A stretch of 11,836 nucleotides of DNA from a bacterium. Lineage in GTDB: Bacteria > SAR324 > NAC60-12. Both the position numbers and the translations under genes were made by a program. Where the stretch lies: positions 1 through 11,836 of the forward strand of contig CBDDTI010000277.1 of the NCBI GenBank assembly GCA_965233585.1, given 5' to 3'. Shown here piece after piece: positions 8,116 through 11,836 of the stretch. Below the pieces are notes generated by a model. It did no database searches and had not been told where the DNA came from. It saw only the letters and a list, made by a program, of their open reading frames with translations. Position 1 is the stretch's first letter. Each line of letters opens with the position of its first letter.

Positions 8116-9042
8116 GACTGGATCAAGTTTTTTTTATGTTTTTCAAAAACCACAGAAATCCAGTAGTTCTTTCCAACATTTTGTCTATGGTCGTATTTTG
8201 TAAGGCAGTTCCTTCGCGGTTGCAGTTTAGTTCGTCGGAGTAAAACTTTCTTATCTCGCACAACTCAGAACGCAAGTCAGGTGACATTTCGGCTTCACTT
8301 AAGGTAATTCCGGGCTTCTTATCTTTCTTCTCTTCCGAAACGTCTACCGATGTAGAATACTCTTCCCGAAAAAACTCGCTGGACTGGCCATTCTCAGAGG
8401 ATTCTACCTCAACGCTGGAAATTGCGCACTCAAGGTCTAGACCACCCGTTTCGCTCAGCTCTATCCTAGAAACGGATTCTAATCAAGACGCGCTATGATA
8501 ATGGGCGCTGTTATTGTCACGTCTAGACTGGTCTTCAAAAGTTTCATATCTCGGCGTCTCTTCAACACCACTTTGATAGTGCCAAGGCTTTAGCGGCATG
8601 CCCGGCGGAGGAAATTCGGCTCGCTGATTGGTCGCAAATGGAAACTGAATGTTAACATGACTAGGAGGCGTTCTGCTTTCTACCTCACTGAAATCGAGGA
8701 ACAGCAGTCGATGCAGTCGTGCTAAATTTTGTTAGCTGAGCAATTTGAAGGGCGCAAATTGAGAGCAGAGTTTTCTTCCTAAGAACAAATGTTCTGCTTC
8801 CGTGCACGCAAGCGTGTTGATCCCAAGAAAAGTCATAGCATAACTGAGACGATGATCGTTTATGTTAGAAAACAGCTTTACCCTGGCTTCTACGAAACAG
8901 TATAATATTTCCTTTTCTCGCCTGACTGGTACTAAATTGCCAAATAGACAAGACATCTTAACGAACTTACTGGACACAAAGTTAAAAACTGGCTTTCTTA
9001 AATTAGCGTATGGTGTGCTTTTTGAATTGTATTCTCTTCAAA

Positions 9043-9079
9043 CTTCTTCTCCTTCTTCTTCTTCTTCTTCTTCTTCTTC
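9043..9079 (+). repeat. (CTT)n microsatellite, poly-Glu in the minus-strand recombinase frame
   Basis: About 12 CTT units with one interruption. Confidence 0.9.
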
Positions 9080-9263
9080 AGCGTGAGTTAAGACTTCCTG
9101 CTCAATGGGCTGAAATCATAAGACGCTTGCCGAGTCCTGTTTAAAACAAAACAGACGAAAATAGGTCAATAAGGAGTACATCGATGCGATAATTAAGGAG
9201 ACACTCGATCACTCTTGAGAAACGCGGCTCTGAATAAAATGGTGAAACCTAGGAACAGGATCT

Positions 9264-11836
9264 CCACCATTTTTCTAAATGTGACCCATTTTTATAACTG
9301 TAACCCATTTTTCTAAATGTGACACATTTTTCTAACTGTGACCCATTTTTCTAACTGTCAGTCAGTTTTCTATTTGGGACCCATTTTTTTAACTGTGACC
9401 CATGTTTCTAACTGTGACACATTTTTCAAACTGTGACCCGTTTTTCTAACTGTGACCATTATTTCTAACTGTGACCCATTTTTCTATCTGTGACCCATTG
9501 TTCTAACTGTGACACATTTTTCTAACTGTGACACATTTTTCTATCTGTGACCCATTTTTCTATCTGTGAACCATTTTTCTAACTGTGACCCATATTTCTA
9601 ACTGTGACACATTTTCCCATCTGTGACCCATTTTTCTAAATGTGACACATTTTTCTAACTGTGAGACATTTCTCTAAATGTGACACATTTTCTATCTGTG
9701 ACCCATTCTTCTAACTGTGACCCATTTTTCTAAATGTGACACATTTTTCTAACTGTGACACATTTTTCTATCTGTGACCCATTTTTCTAAATGTGACACA
9801 TTTTTCTAACTGACACATTTTTCTAACTGTAACACATTTTTTCTAACTGTGACCCATTTTTCTAACTGTGACCCATTTTTCTAACTGTGACACTTTTTTC
9901 TAACTGTGACCCATTTTTCTAAATGTGACCCATTTTTGTAACTGTCACCCATTTTTCTAAATGTGACACATTTTTCCAAATCTGACCTATTTTCATAACT
10001 GTCCACCATTTTTCTGTGACCCATTTTTCCAACTGTGACCCATTTTTCTAACTGTGACACATTTTTCTAACTGTGACCCATTTTTCTAAATGTGACACAT
10101 TTTCCCATCTGTGACCCATTTTACTAAATGTGACACATTTTTCTAAATCTGACCTATTTTTCTAACTGTGACCCATTTTTCTAACTGTGACCCATTATTC
10201 TAACTGAGACCCATTTTTCTAAACGTGAGACATTTTTCTAACTGTGACACAGTTTTCTAACTGTGACCCATTTTTCTATCTGTGACCCAGTTTTCTAACT
10301 GTGACCCATTTTTCTAACTGTGACCCATATTTCTAACTGTGACACATTTTCCCATCTGTGACCCATTTTTCTAAATGTGACCTATTTTTCTATCTTTGAC
10401 CAATTTTTCTAACTGTGACCCATTTTTCTAAATGTGACCTATTTTTCTATCTTTGACCAATTTTTCTAACTGTGACCCATTTTCCTAAATGTGAACCACT
10501 TTTCTAAATGTCACCCATTTTTCTAACTGTCACCCATTTTTCTAAATGTGACACATTTTTCTTAATCTGACCTATTTTTCTAACTGTGACCCATATTTCT
10601 AAGTGTGACACATTTTCCCATCTGTGATCCATTTTTCTAAATGTGACACATTTTTCTAACTGTGAGACATTTCTCTAAATGTGACACATTTTTCTATCTG
10701 TGACACGTTATTCTAACTGTGACCCATTTTTTCTAAATGTGACACATTTTTTTAACTGTGAGACATTTCTCTAAATGTGACACATTTTTCTATCTGTGAC
10801 CCATTTTTCTAAATGTGAAACATTTTTCTAACTGTGACACATTTTTCTAACTGTCGGTCCTTTTTCTATTTGGGACCCATTTTTTTAACTGCAACCCATT
10901 GTTCTAACTGTGCACATTTTTCTAACTGTGGCACATTTTTCTAACTGTGACATATTTTTCTAAATGTGACACATTTATCTAACTGTCACCCAGTTTTCTA
11001 AATGTGACACATTTTTCTAAATCTGACCTATTTTTATAACTGTCCACCATTTTTCTAACTGTGACCCATTTTTCTAACTGTGACCCATATTCCTAACTGT
11101 GACACATTTTCCCATCTCTGACCCATTTTTCTATCTTTAAACCAGTTTTTCAAACTGACACATTTTTCTAACTGTGACCCTTTTTTCTAAATGTGACCCA
11201 TTTTTCTAAATGTCACCCATTTTTCTAACTGTGACCCACTTTTCTAAATGTGACACATTTTTCTAACTGTGAGACATTTTTCTAACTGTGACCCATTTCT
11301 TGAACTGTGACACATTTTCCAATCTGTGACCCATTTTTCCAAATGTGACACATTTCTCTAACTGTGACACATTTTTTTAACCATGACCCATTTTTCCATC
11401 TGTGACCCATTTTTCTAAATGTGACCCATTTTTCTAACTGCGACCCATTTTTCCAAATGTCACCCATTTTTCTAACTGTGACCGATTTTTCTATCTGTGA
11501 CCAATTTTTCTATCTGTGACCCATTTTTCTAACTGTGACACATTTTGTAACTGTGACAAAACTTTTTAACTGTGACCCATTTTTCTAACTGTGACCCATT
11601 TTTCTAACTGTGACACATTTTTCTAACTGTGACCCGTATTTCTAACTGTGACACATTTTCCCATCTGTGACCCAGTTTTCTAAATGTCACACATTTTTCT
11701 AACGGTGACCCATTTTTCTAAATGTGACACATTTTTCCAAATCTGACCTATTTTCATAGCTGTCCACCATTTTTTGTAACTGTAACCCATTTTTCTAATT
11801 ATGACACATTTTTCTAACTGAGACACATTTTCCCAT
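9264..11836. repeat. 19-bp satellite array, consensus TGTGACCCATTTTTCTAAC, ~135 copies, continuing past the window end
   Basis: The 19-bp period is directly visible (e.g. 9842 vs 9861). Recurrent variants include TGTGACAC, AAATCTGACCTA and TTTTCCCATC. Confidence 0.98.

Larger units (their letters stand above)
6853..9136 (-). pseudogene. Full reconstructed multidomain recombinase gene (~760 codons): poly-E, Ski/Sno/Dach-like domain, acidic linker, core-binding domain, YR catalytic domain, Tudor/SH3-like domain
   Basis: One reading frame runs from ~9136 to 8136 with in-frame stops at 9116-18, 9038-40, 8732-34 and 8483-85. A 1-nt frameshift in the T8 run at 8128-8135 then joins ...FLWFLKNIKK to LDPVLVHCANPELVQEF.... 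Confidence 0.75.

Noticed and set aside
8064..8261. 65-aa minus-strand ORF as a separate gene
   Set aside because: It is an alternative frame overlapping the frameshifted recombinase N-terminal domain.
8862..9086. Plus-strand 74-aa ORF with poly-Ser
   Set aside because: Antisense shadow of the recombinase frame and its CTT microsatellite.
9264..11836. CRISPR array, or the coding ORF at 11282..11467
   Set aside because: Contiguous degenerate monomers with no unique spacers; the ORF is a translation of the satellite.

Overview
AT-rich, repeat-dense eukaryotic DNA; the repeat styles suggest a cnidarian/coral-like invertebrate (inference). No intact host gene is evident. In order: a decayed LINE endonuclease fragment (1-310); a ~20-bp minisatellite and a ~215-bp tandem repeat (818-1548); a young 605-bp Penelope-like insertion with perfect 275-bp inverted arms, a 33-bp tail, a 12-bp TSD and a variant type I hammerhead ribozyme in each arm (2456-3060); a PIF/Harbinger-type MITE with TTA TSD (3433-3914); three head-to-tail hairpin+AATCAGAGCGCGC modules resembling non-autonomous Cryptons (4188-5000); an L2-like 3' tail; and a 19-bp satellite (9264 to the window end). 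The most notable feature is a compact two-gene minus-strand unit (6052-9136). Reading through stops and one frameshift gives a ~760-codon protein with a Ski/Sno/Dachshund-like domain, a tyrosine recombinase and a Tudor/SH3-like C-terminus, followed by an overlapping ~270-aa orphan gene. It is a candidate unclassified tyrosine-recombinase mobile element. All domain calls are by eye, not by database search.
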